Source: Chiloscyllium plagiosum (lineage: Eukaryota). Taken from it: 64,000 nucleotides of DNA. Positions 1 to 12,800 of this stretch are shown in pieces (position 1 is the stretch's first letter; each line of letters opens with the position of its first letter). The position numbers were made by a program, and so were the translations under genes. The stretch is taken from contig NC_057726.1 in NCBI RefSeq assembly GCF_004010195.1, positions 61,607,835 to 61,671,834 of the forward strand, in the 5' to 3' direction. The notes below the pieces were generated by a model. It saw nothing but the letters and a program-made list of their open reading frames with translations, ran no database searches and was not told where the DNA came from.

Positions 1-1747
1 GACAAATGGGTTTCATAGGTAAAATGTTAAACATGACATGAAATATCACATGACTAATGTGTACTTCTCGTGGGAGTTTGTTAAGTCGGAGGTCCACTCC
101 TAACTCCCTTCTGAAACGTTTCCATATGAAGTGATCACAGTATCACTGCGTTCCAAAATCCTCCTTCGTCAGCACTCACCTTTTATCATTAGTTTAATTC
201 TGAAAATATCGCTTCAGTTCGCAGTACTGCAGCTCGTCATCTAAGCGATCCATTTCATGTAGCAACTGTTTATCCTGGGAGCTCTGAGTTTCATGCCACT
301 CTCATCTTTAACAACCTTCGAAAACTTGAGTTTTCAGGAGGAAGCACTGGATTGATAATTTTATGCATCTTTATTTCTCCACTCCAGAGCTGATGTGGAC
401 AGTTTGAGGTTTGGCTGAAGATGAGGGATATCAAGACTGGGGAGCACATTTTTAAAGTGAGAGGACAGAGATTTTTAAAAAAGACATGTGGGGCAAACGT
501 TTTTACCCGTGCGTAATGAAGTTCCTGACGACATGATGGATCTGGAGAAAATTACAACATTTAAAAGCAACGTTTTACTTTGACAAGTAAATGAATAGGA
601 AAAGTTTGGAGGGATACAGGCCAGGAGTGGGCAGGTGGGGCTACATTAGATTAGGATTACATTCAGCCTGGACTGGTAGCACCAAAAACTCTGTTTCCAG
701 GCTGTGTGACTCTCTGACTATGACATTATCGAGGAGAATAGCTTCACATCCTCCATACTACTGAAGTTCCTCAGCCCGCACTTCATTCCGATAAATATCT
801 TCCAACATCTTTACGGCCTTGACATCCCTCAGGATTGAGCATAAGACTCCAGGTTGAGACTAATTCATGTTCAAATTAGGGGTCTTATGGTTTATGTCCA
901 CTTGTCCACCCACCTTCAAAATATTATAAACACACCCAGAACTTTACTATCAATTAAATATTTCTTCTCTAGACAATCACTAAAACGTGAATCATTCCTT
1001 CTGCTTGCTTTTTAAAAAATACCATTATGAGCAAGGCAGATTTGTCCATCCCTAGTTACCCTTGAGGGAAGCCTCATTGCTCATTTTTATGTGTAGTAGG
1101 AAAGCTGGCAGGTCTTGCTATTTTCTCATCAACCTGTTTAGCGATGTGGTGATATAGTATTGGACCCTTGGTGATTTATATTGGGATCTGTCGGCTCAGA
1201 AGTGGGGACAATAATACTGCACCACAAGAACCCCTGAGCTGACAGGTGCTGTTTGGAAAAGCATGGGACAGAGTTTTGAAAGCTATAAGATTAAATTGTC
1301 CAGTGCAAACACTGACCATAGCTGTGAAATCTTTAAGATTGAAATTGACAGCTGGAATTGTTGAAGAAAGATTTTTCAGGTCAATTGTTTTCCCTCATGA
1401 AATCCCAGCAATTGCCGAGTTTTCACATGTAGGTATGACTGTTATCTATGCGTGGATATACAATAAAGGACTTCTGAAGGAATTAAAGATAGATACCACT
1501 CGAGCAGTGATGAATCTCCATAGACAGGTGAAAATGACTGTCGCTATTGTTCGTTGTGGTTCCCACAATTGCTACAGAAATTCCAAGGTGACAAACAAGC
1601 CACAAGACAATTTTCATCAGGTAATTGTTACTAAGGAAGAAAGGGCACAATGGCAGTTCAGATATTAAATAGATTGCATGCAAAGGTACATTTGGATTGA
1701 TGGAATTAAAATGCCGAGTATGGAGGCTTGATGATAAATATTAAATA
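1..1747. repeat. Near-identical segmental copy of the gene A upstream region (about 14004..14316 plus 14849..16277)
   Basis: Base-by-base match with only scattered substitutions and small indels. The ORF track shows twin ORFs at 1246..1668 and 15779..16201. Confidence 0.95.
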
Positions 1748-2247
1748 NNNNNNNNNNNNNNNNNNNNNNNNNNNNNNNNNNNNNNNNNNNNNNNNNNNNN
1801 NNNNNNNNNNNNNNNNNNNNNNNNNNNNNNNNNNNNNNNNNNNNNNNNNNNNNNNNNNNNNNNNNNNNNNNNNNNNNNNNNNNNNNNNNNNNNNNNNNNN
1901 NNNNNNNNNNNNNNNNNNNNNNNNNNNNNNNNNNNNNNNNNNNNNNNNNNNNNNNNNNNNNNNNNNNNNNNNNNNNNNNNNNNNNNNNNNNNNNNNNNNN
2001 NNNNNNNNNNNNNNNNNNNNNNNNNNNNNNNNNNNNNNNNNNNNNNNNNNNNNNNNNNNNNNNNNNNNNNNNNNNNNNNNNNNNNNNNNNNNNNNNNNNN
2101 NNNNNNNNNNNNNNNNNNNNNNNNNNNNNNNNNNNNNNNNNNNNNNNNNNNNNNNNNNNNNNNNNNNNNNNNNNNNNNNNNNNNNNNNNNNNNNNNNNNN
2201 NNNNNNNNNNNNNNNNNNNNNNNNNNNNNNNNNNNNNNNNNNNNNNN
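1748..2247. other. Assembly gap (500 N)
   Basis: Run of N. Confidence 1.
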
Positions 2248-2482
2248 TGTTACAGCTTTTTGGTTTCCAGAGAGATGTGTATATTGATAGTGAGTAACAA
2301 AGTTTAGATTAGATTAGATTACTTACAGTGTAGCAAAGTTGGCAAGGAAATGCTAGAAAATGGAATTTCAATTGCACATATAGTGCAAAGCACTGCTTAA
2401 GTTTGGATTATGTGCAATGCAGCGAGGCATTAGGGTCACTGGTTGTAACTTTGACATGCCATAACAAGTCAAAATATATGGT

Positions 2483-3135
2483 ACTGGAGGAGCAGGTGAG
2501 TCGACGCTTCAGAAATAAGTCCTTCATCAGGAATGTGGAGATGGTAGGGGGCTGAGAGATAAATATGGGGTGGGGGCTGGGCTGGGGGCAAGTTAGGTGG
2601 GATGGTGACAGGTGAATGCAGGTGAGAGGTAGTAGTAATAGGTCAGTGGGAGGGTGGAACAGAGACGTGGGAAGGAAGATAGGCATATAGGACACATCAA
2701 GAGTTTGGGGCCAAATTGGAGGGTTGGATCTGTGATGAGGTGGTGGGAGGGGAGATTTGGAAGCTGGTGAAATAAATGTTGATGCCATGTAAGATTTCGA
2801 GGCAGAAGATGAAGTATTCTTCCTCCAGTTGATTGGTGGCTTTGTTTTGGTGGTGGGAACCCAGGTTTCGCATGTGCTTAGCGGACTGTGAAGGGGAGTT
2901 GAATTGTGTGGTCACAGGGTGGTAGGGTTGTTTGGTGGGTACGGACCAGAAATGTTCCCTGAACTGCTCCATGAGTTGGCATTCTGTTTCCTCAATGGAG
3001 AGAAGGCTGCATCGAGAGCAATGGTGAATGTGCAGGAAAATCTCCAACGAATGTGAAATGATCCTTTAGGTCCTTGGATAGAGGTGAGGCGGATGGCGTC
3101 GATGCAGGTTTTGCACTTCGTGCGGTGGCACAGGT
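2483..3135 (-). mobile_element. Penelope-like element 3' fragment (GIY-YIG end and terminal repeat)
   Basis: Minus-strand ETECQLMEQFREH..QLEEEYFIFCL resembles a PLE endonuclease C-terminus. Degenerate CTGATGA..GAA motif at the end. Confidence 0.65.
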
Positions 3136-3786
3136 TTGGCTGTTGCTGTTTAGAAAACGACAGGCATTAAATGCGAATGATGCAAAAATAACAGTTTTGG
3201 GAACTGTTGCGCACTTGTGGATTCAGTGGAGTTCCTCCTGCCTATCTATCCAATGACCGAGAAGGTCGTATAGGAGATCATGTTTAGTGAATGGTTGTTT
3301 TTCGCTGAGCAGGAACAAGTTCCCTAACGGAGCATAAATTTTAGTTGTGAAACAAACTGCATGCAAACTAAATGTTGATATAGAAACGCACTAACAAGTG
3401 CAAATTTCAACATTAGAAAACTTGTCCTGAACTTAGTTTTCAACTTGCGACAAGTTGGAAATGGTTTTGGAAACTTTGCTCTGGGCGTGGAAAGCTCCCG
3501 ATGTTAGATTGGTTTTGCAATGGACTGGTCAGCAATTCTTCGATGTAACATTTCCTAGTAGATACAGATATTTCAAATAGTTGGTTCTTAGCCTGACTGC
3601 AATGAACGTCAATAATGATTGCAGCACGTTTTATGATATAAAACCAAATACTCCATAGTGCACCCAGTAGTATCATCCATCTTCCCAATATGTTTAAATT
3701 CTTGCTTTCTTTGCCACCTTTATGCCTGCATATAATGTAGAATGGTCTTGCAGTTTGGGTGTTGATGCTTTCTTGGAATCAGCTAT

Positions 3787-3834
3787 TTACAGATTGGCGT
3801 ACGTCAGATTGTTACCTTCGCTTCCTTTCTTGGT
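3787..3834 (-). CDS. Gene A exon 7, terminal cytoplasmic exon with ITIM LTYANL
   Basis: Acceptor ttactttcacag, TKKGSEGNNLTYANL*. The frame continues past the stop to a relic ITSM TLYAGI and a second stop at 3694. Paralog at 29475. Confidence 0.8.
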   Translation of the reverse strand, partial: TKKGSEGNNLTYANL

Positions 3835-6800
3835 CTGTGAAAGTAAAATTTAATATCACGCATTATCCCATCATTGACTCTTTGCTAAACGCAGTCAATT
3901 TTTTAAATAAAAAGACTTCAGGGGAATTTCCTTTCATCATTTGCCAACTTCAGATTGTAACAGAGTTTATAATTATTTTTAACTGATTTCTCTCCACTCT
4001 GTAGATCTGCAGTAAAAGTTCCTGTTATTCTGATTTAAACTTCTCATAAAATAAGCTAGAATATCAACATTGCCCATTAAAGAAGCACGTTTTTGCTTCA
4101 ATTAAAATAGCAAATGAATGAAATGCCGGTGTATTAAATGTGTTTGGAATGCTGATATTGCAAAACATCACTTTCAACACCCAATTTCTGAGCCGTGACA
4201 GCCATTGTGATGTGCTTACCGATTGGGGAGACCTCAAGTTGCAATTTACTACCACCTTTACCCCATTGTTGCTGATTTACCGAACTCTGGGACCCCGGCG
4301 AATATGGTGAGCCTTGGCCGAGATGGTCGGGCCCAGTACAGTATGGGTTAAACATCGGACCTTTCGATTCCTACAGTTTAGATTAGGACCAAACGTCATT
4401 GAACGTCTTTAAAAAATGGTAAAGCTTCACTTGATCATAGACGGTAATCTTCTTTGTTTGTCTGGGATTCTTATTTGTCTTGGTGCTGGATTCGACAGGG
4501 TAGGCATAAAGAGGTTTGTTCTGAGTTCAGTACTTTGTATGTAAAATCGGTATTTGCCACTCTTATCAGTTCAGTTGCTATCATTATTACTGCTAGTTCA
4601 TAAAAGGAAACAAGGATAATTTTCATTGCATTCTCACGCAAAACTCACAGTAAGATCTAGCTGTCCGTTTGATATCTCCCCTGATTTCTATTTCCGACAA
4701 AATCGGCAAAAGAAACATCGACATCGGTTTAATTTTGTCTTTTTTGTCATAGCATAACATGCAAACAAGGAATAAGAGCAAGGCACTAGGCCCTTAAATC
4801 CTGCTCCATCATTCAACAATGTCATGGCCGACTCTGTCAACGCTACATTCAGATTCCCCTCGATAATCTTTCATCCGCTCTATCATCGACAATTTATGTA
4901 CCCCGCCCTAACATGTTTAATGTTTCCGCATTTAGTGCCATTTGGGCTGGACGCTGCCGCAGGACATAGCAGGCAGAGCAGCGGTAGACGACCAGTACGT
5001 GGCCACCGCCATCCGACGCCTTAAAACGGCGGTGCTCGGACCGGACGTAGTGCACCAGTTGGAGGACGCTCAGGTGTGCGGTGGGATCCCGTCCGCGCTC
5101 ACCCCAGCCCGGCCGGAATTTCACATTGGCCCCAACGTCCCGTACTTCCCGCGGGAGCCTGTGCCCCACAACCTAAGCCGCCTCCGAAATTTTAACTTTG
5201 TTTCGTTTAGGGAAATAAAAAGAAGAGCCCTGTACAGACTGCTGCTGCACACCTTACTTGAAAGCTGCTAGCATGCAAATGAGGCAGGAGCAAAACATAC
5301 CTAGCACCTCAGAATAGCCAAGAAATCCTCAGAGTCTGAGAAAGACGCAGCCTTGATGCTGTTACCATCAAAAGGAGAGGAGGAAACTCTTGAGATACTC
5401 CATGCAGAAGAGATGGATGATGCTGCCCATGTTCAAGTCTGAGTCAGAGGAATTGGACCTGGGCAAAAACGTCCAAAAGAAGCCATAAGAAAAAGAACAG
5501 GCCTACATTCCCAGACTTGGTGGGGGAGGGATGTAGAGATTAGAACTAGAGCCAGGTGAATCTCATTGACAATGAGATCCTTAAATGGCCCAGGTTAAAA
5601 ACTCCAATGAGTGTGCCCTGGCTGACAGTTATGAACAAGAGCATTCCCCATCCACTTCTGTTTTGATTTAGTCCCTACCCTCCCCTTCACTGTTTTGATC
5701 ACACAGCACTGTCCCTTGATGTGAAGGGCAGTGCTTGTCACTGGTCACCCGGGTGTTTTCCTATCTTCCTGGTGGTGGAAATTGAATAAAGATTGGTGCA
5801 CTTTGTGTCTTCCACTGTGTCTCAAGAAAAAAAAAATAGTGCCATTTGAAGAAGGGATTTTCAAAGACTTACAACTCTACAACAGAAACGAAAAATCCTC
5901 ACCTCTGTCTTAAATAGACAATCATTTACTTTGAAACTTAGACTTCTACTTTTAGATTCTCCCACAAAAGCAAAGATCCTTTCAGCAACCAAATTTGTCA
6001 GGATTTTATATATTTCAATTAAGTCACCCCTAACTCTTCTAAACTCCAGAGGTATAGGCCTACCCAATGGTTTATAGCTTTTGAAAAGGAAGCGAGAAAT
6101 CAAAATTAACATAGGTCCCAAAGAGAAGGAGGTGGGGAACAAAATCATGGGGAACCAGGAAATGGTAGAATACACTAGCAGCATTCTAAATTATTAAGTA
6201 TCCAAGGGCAAAACGAGGAGTGGAATTAAAGAAAATAACTGTCACTGGAGAGGATGCGTCAGGGAAACTAATGGGGCAAAAGACTAATATGTCCTTTGGA
6301 CCTGATGCAGTACATTACACAATATCAAGGGAAGAAGATACAGTAGTGGATGCACCAATAGTAATCTCCCAGAAATCCTTAGATTCTGAAAGAAAAACTC
6401 CCAGAGGAGTAAAACTTTTCCAAACCAACATCTTTATATAGACAAGAAATAGTTATAAATAAGCTAGTTAGCGAACGCTTGAGTCAATTATAAAGGATGC
6501 AGAGTATTTCAAAATACATAATATCATCAGAGTCAGCTTGCCTTCATGAAGGGGTAAACATGCCTGACAAATTGACTGTATTTTTATTGAGGTAAAAGGA
6601 GGGCAGATGAAGCTGAAGCAGTAGATGCAATATTTTTGGATTTTCAGGAAACATTCACGAAAGTAGCACAAACTAGGTTACTTTATCAGATTAAAAACTC
6701 ATGGTGTTGCGGGCAGTACATTAACATAGATAGAGGATTGACGAAGTAACAGAAGACTGAGATTTGGGATAGGGTGGTAGGGCATTTTCAGAATGGAAAC

Positions 6801-9800
6801 CTGGAACTTCTGGTGTGACACAGGAATTAATACTGGGGTCACAAAGTTTCCAGTTATATATATTTATATATATTACATTTGGATGTAGCAAGTGCATGTA
6901 CAATGGCCGAGTTTATGGTTAACATTAAAGTAGGCTGGAGGCAGGATGATGAGAATTACACAAAAATCTTTAGAGGGATTTAGCCTGATTACGTGAATGG
7001 GCAAAGATTTGGCAGATGGGATATAATGTGGGAAAATGTGAGATTTATACACTTTGGCAGAATGAATGGAGGGGCCAAATATTCGTTAAATGCAGAAAGC
7101 CTGCAGAATGCAACGGAGCAGAGGAATTTTGGAGTCCCAATTCGCGAATCACAAAAAGCTAGCACGCATTTACAACAGGCAATAGAGAAGGCAAATGGAA
7201 TGCTGGCCTTTATTTCAGTGAGAATGGAATATAAAAAGCAGGGATATTTGCCAAAACTATACGAGGCACAAGCTAGGCCAATGTCCTTCCATCAAAAGGT
7301 TGACCAGTATTGTACGCAGTGATGTAGAATTGCTCTTATCAATCCCTTGCATTAATGAAATAGGGAGCTGTTCTTCTGATAACAATTCATGACAGTTTGT
7401 ATGATCAACATTTACTGAAATTAGCTTTGCATTCCAGATTTTTCGATTGAATTAATTCCCATTAGCTGCCCTAGTGAGATTTAAACCGATGTCCCCATGC
7501 TACTAACCTTGGCAACTGGATATCTGCCACTCGTTCTGTTTTATCAAGTCAAAAGTAGAGCATCCCCTTCCCTTACTCTACAGTGTCTTTTTTTAAACGA
7601 CTCCATTATCGCAATGACTAAGAGAAAGTGAGGACTGTAGATGCTGGAGGTCAGAGTCGAGAAGTGTGGCGGTGAAAAAGTACAGCAGGTCAACCAGCAT
7701 TGGAGGCTTAGGAGTGAAGATGTTTGCCGAAACGAACACTCTCCTGCTTCTGGGATGCTGCGTGACTTGCTGTGCTTTTCCAGCACTAAACTTTTCGACT
7801 CCATTATCATAATATTGATGTTGTATGAGAGTGACGTGGATATTTTATTCTTGACAATTCTGGCAGCATACCTGGGAATTGACAGTACTTTCTTCCGCGG
7901 GTCTGTGTTTGGAGAATCCTTTGTTGGTTTTCAATTTTACTGCAGCAGAGGCGGCATTTTCTTCAGCTGGTGCTTTTCTAAGCTAGAAAATAAGATATGA
8001 AATATCGAGAGAAGCGCATTTGATTTTACAGCCAGCCATTGGAACTGAACAATAGAATATTAACGTGCACACAGTAGTTAATCAAACAAGCTAGAAATTG
8101 CATTCTGTCAACTCTCAATGATTTGCATCTAATATCTCACCAATGTGTTGGGGAGTAATGTTCTAAATATGAAACCCAGAGCATTTAACGCATTTACCTA
8201 CAATTTAACATACAGCTGACGAAAAATAGACATTAATTAATTCCTCGTTTATCTCTAGCTCTCTTCAATCTTGTTGTAGCCTCGGCAGTTTCCTTATTCC
8301 ATAATTAACCCAGTCTATTAGAAGATCAGGCAGCGAAGCCTTTGGCTGTTCTCCTAATACTTTTGGAATCTTGTATTCTCTGACTGGCAACCAACAATTA
8401 GATTTCTGGCAAAAATTCTCCCCAAGCGCGTCTACAGTCATTATTTCCTCTCCCTCAGAAACTACGAAACAGCCTGCCCCCAGCACTGCTAACAGAGGAA
8501 TATAATGCAGAAAGGCCTGAGATTTTATGTCGCACACTACTTTAGGAAGATGTCGTGGTTTCGAGAGGATATAACAGAGATTTACGAGAAGGGTCCTAGC
8601 GTTCAGGGATTTCAATGATGTTTAGAAGCCTGGACATGATGCTTTACTTAGATCAGTTACGTTTAAGGGGAGATTTAACTTAAATGTCTAACATCTTGAT
8701 AAATTGTGATGGAATAAATTAGGATAAACAATTTTCATTGGCAGGATGTTTGAGATTTAGGCGACAAGATTCGTTTTCATTGGTAAATAATCTGGGGAGT
8801 ATGTTTGTTCTGCAGCCCAGTGAGCTGCCCGCAAACTGACAGAGTGACAGGAAGAATTCGATAGGAAGTTTCAAAAAGGGAACTGGATTGACCTGAAAAA
8901 TGTAATAAACAGGAGAATAGCACGAGACCGGAACAAATGACTTACTGCCTCATAGAGGCAGTAGAGGTGCTCGCTCTTCATCCCGGGCAATGTAATTCTC
9001 TGTTCTGTGAAATCAAAGTAATTTTGACTGAATGCAAAACTCATTGCTATCCTTTCCATGCACCCACCTCCCATTTGTTTGGAATATAATGAATATTGTC
9101 TCCTTACCGGTTGGACATTTTGATTTGCTTCCACCGAATTTCTTCCTCTGCCTAAGAGAAAGCAAAGTAATATAACGTGAGTGACAGAATCACTCATTCA
9201 ATGTCATGTCTTCGCTGCTAGAAACGTTTAATTTTTATATAAAGTTCAGAAATCTAGTTTGACAATGTTCAGCAGCACCAAGCTCGTTATGCTGTGTTTT
9301 ACCTGCTCACTGCTGTCATCGCGCTTTACCCAATGATGCAGAGTCAGTGACAGTGCAAGTGCAAGTCGGCGTCTTATTTAATCTACAAAATTAGAATGGA
9401 AATAAAATCTGCGGATGTGCATATCTGGTTGTGAGTTCGAAAATGCCCACTTAACCTTAATGCCAAATGCCAAAATCCATTCGAAACATTCGAAAAATGT
9501 TTCCTTCTCAGGAACTGGACCTCCACTGAACTATAATAGAGAACACTCAAAGTTTCGATTTCAGCACCATGGAGGTGAATAAACCGAGTGTATAGTTCGA
9601 ATAAGAAGGTGAAATATTTGCTTTTCAAATCCGGTTAGATCCTCATATCCTAAATTTAATGCCAGGCCTTTGATTTCTCACCTGCTCTCTATGCTTTTTA
9701 CACTGGGTCTGAGGAAATAAAAAGTATACAGTGAAATAAGAAAGATTCTTACCAGCTGATGCTTTCAATTTGAGTATCAAGAAAATGCTTATGATTAGTA

Positions 9801-12800
9801 CCATCGCCAATGCCCCTCCTGCACCTCCAATAATCATCGGACGATTAAAATCTTCACCTACAGAATCAACACGTGATGGAAGTGAACATGTGTGGAACAC
9901 AGGAGTGACATACACAGAGCAAAATGCACAGGATGATAAATTGCAAAGGTGTTTCTCAGGATAACCCAACTGTTAACCAAATTGGACAGTTTTAATTTTG
10001 TTGGGAAAACCTGTACAAGGTCCTTAATTCGCATCAGACCCAATGAATTGCAGCTCAGCTATGTATTTTATGGAGAAAACACATATAATGACTTAATGGT
10101 GTGAGAAACTTTATCTGCATAGGAACACTGTTTGCTATGAGTAAAGAAAGTTGTACTTGCTCATTCATAGAATCCGAGAAGAATCATAGAATCCCTATAG
10201 TGTGTAAACAGGTCATTTGGCCCAACAAGCCCACACCGATCCTCCGAAAAGTATTGCAGCCAGACCCTATTGCTCTCCATTTCCCCTGAATGATGCACGA
10301 AACCTACACATCCCTTAACGCTATGGGCAATTTAGTTTGGCCAATTCACCCAACTTGCACATCTTTGGACTGGGGGAAGAAACTGAAGCACCCGGAGGAA
10401 ACCTGCACAGACTCGGGGAGAATGTGCAAACTCCACAGTCGCCGGAGGCTGGAAGTGAAGCCAGTTTTTTGGTGAATCAACAGTGCGAACCACTGAGCCA
10501 CCATGCTGCCATTTAGGATCTTCCCCACACCACACACCCCAATCCCTATTAGATATATTTTCAATCTTACCTCGATTAAAGGTGTAGCTGACGCTGGTGG
10601 GCACCTTAAGACAAGCATGAGATACCAGACAGGTATAAACTGCACCACTCTGCACAGGCTGTGCATCTTCCAATGAACTAGTAACCTCATAAAGCCCATC
10701 CACGGTCTTGTTTTTCACAGTCTCCATTCCGGTATGAATTTTGAAACCATCTTTTAACCAAGAGATTCCTAAATCCTCTGGGTAAAATGCAGTCGTTTTG
10801 CATTCGAATTTCAAATAGTTCTCTGAAATCTCTTCTACGGGAACGATTTTCTGGAGTTTCGGAGGAACTATAACAGAAAATCAAACCTTTTAAAACATTA
10901 ATTTTCATTCTCTTTTTTTCACCCTTCACACTCGACCCGGTTCGGCACCCCATGTAATACTGTTCCATTACTAATGTGACAACAGTTTTCCTTGTTATTC
11001 TGTTTGAAACTTGGTATTTGCACTTATTTTTAAAAATGCTCAGCAAAATGTTTGGATCATTTGCAAACGATGCACAACGATCATAAACATGGGTAGAAAA
11101 ACTTTAATGAAATGCAGCTATCAGAATCGTCGGGGTTTAGCTTTATGTCAGTGAATTCGGTTTGATGAACTTTTTTTGGAAGACATTCTACCTGGAGGTA
11201 ACACACGAATTAGGAGCTGAAGTAGGACAGTCAATGGGTATCTCTCCATCCTGGAGGCTCCCTGCCTCCATTCCTGATGAAGGGCTTTGCCCTTTCCAAT
11301 CTAAACTTTGGTTTCCAGCATCTGCAGTCCTCACTTTTGCCCAGCCAATGGGCAGTCAATTCAGCTATTTGAGCCTGATCCAACAGTTAATATGATCTTG
11401 TCTGAGTTCTTTCTGTTCCTGATTGGCATTCCCGGTTTAGTATGAAACCTTTTTTTGAAGTATCAATTCTACATTACTCAAGTGAACTTGTGCCCTCTCC
11501 ATCTACAAGCGGTGTTTAGCTGCGAGCTGATCTCCTGTCATAACTCCCATTGCATAGAAAGAATAAGTTACAAACACGAGCGCAAACGTTTTTCGGCATG
11601 TTTGCTGCTGCCCTTCCTTCATTTTGCCTGCTATGCCTACATCAGAGAGTATCCATTTGGCGAACCGCAGAGGGCCAACCAGAGGCAATGGGCAACTTCA
11701 CTGCCTTACACGCTTTAGGATTGTGGATAGAATCCAGTATTGAGGGCAACGTCAACACTTGCTGTCTCACTGAATCATGTGATTCATTTGTTAAAATAAG
11801 CATTGGCATTTCAAACATGTTAGTATTGGGAAAATGCGCTCCCGAAACACTAATCAATTCCACTCTTGAACTTACTCTGCCATTCACTTAGGTTATGGTT
11901 GAACTGTACCTCAACTCCATTTGTCCGGTTTTATTCTATTTCCTTTATCCCCAGGATTAAATTTACTTGATGTCGATCTCCAAGTTTGAAGGATTTGCGA
12001 CAGAATAGTTTGATCGGCAATTTGGGGTCAAAACATTGTCTTGTGTCTGTTGAATATTAATGGCTGTGGGTATGTTTTCATTCACCTTAATTTGACGTGA
12101 ATGCATATTGTCGATGCTGATAAGATGGTCTTTATTATCTTGTATCAAAGCAAGAGCTGTTGGAGCTGTTAAAATTATTCTTATGAAAGATTATGACCTG
12201 AAATGTTAATTGTGTTTTTGATCAACAAGGAAGTTCAAAGGTATCAGAGCGGACAGAAAAATGCAGTTGAGACCATAATCAGATCAGCCATAATGTTGAT
12301 GAGTGGCTGAGTACACTCAAGGGATGAATGGTCTACTCTTGCTTCTAATTCTTATGATCGTATTACCTATGTAGATGTTCAGACATGTTTCAAATAATTT
12401 CTGTTCATATTCCAACTTTTCAAAATCCGTAGCACATTGTTTTGTTTTCTTTTTGATTCTATTGTCACAGTTTAGTACCGTTATTTTGGTTTGAAGTAAA
12501 CTGTGCATTTTGCCTCATGATACAAAAGACAGAAAATGCTAGAGAAACTGAGTAGGTCTGGCAGCATAAAAACATAATAAATAGTTGCAGGGGTAGGCCA
12601 TCTGACTCGCTAAGCCTGCTCTGCCATTCAATAAGCTTATCGCTTTCTTGGACTCAGCTCCACTTACCCGCCCTCTCACCTTTATTTTCTTTAATGTTCA
12701 AAAATCTAAGTATTTTTGCCTTAAAAACATTCATCGATATAGGTAGCTCCAGTGCTTCACTGGAAAGGGAATTCCTCAGATTCACAATCCTTTGAGTGAA

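Noticed and set aside
1246-1668. 140-aa ORF repeated at 15779..16201
   Set aside because: GTG start, no recognisable domain and no splice context. Its presence twice is explained by the recent duplication.
1728-2297. Long ORFs spanning N runs (also 53069..53923 and 53221..53883)
   Set aside because: Artefacts of assembly gaps.
3816-3834. 19-nt micro-exon using a G|gtaaca donor
   Set aside because: Read-through gives the ITIM, and gene B has no GT at the aligned position, so a terminal exon is the better model.
4942-5271. GC-rich ORF as a host gene or horizontal transfer
   Set aside because: Better explained as a Tx1 ORF2 fragment inside an intron of gene A.
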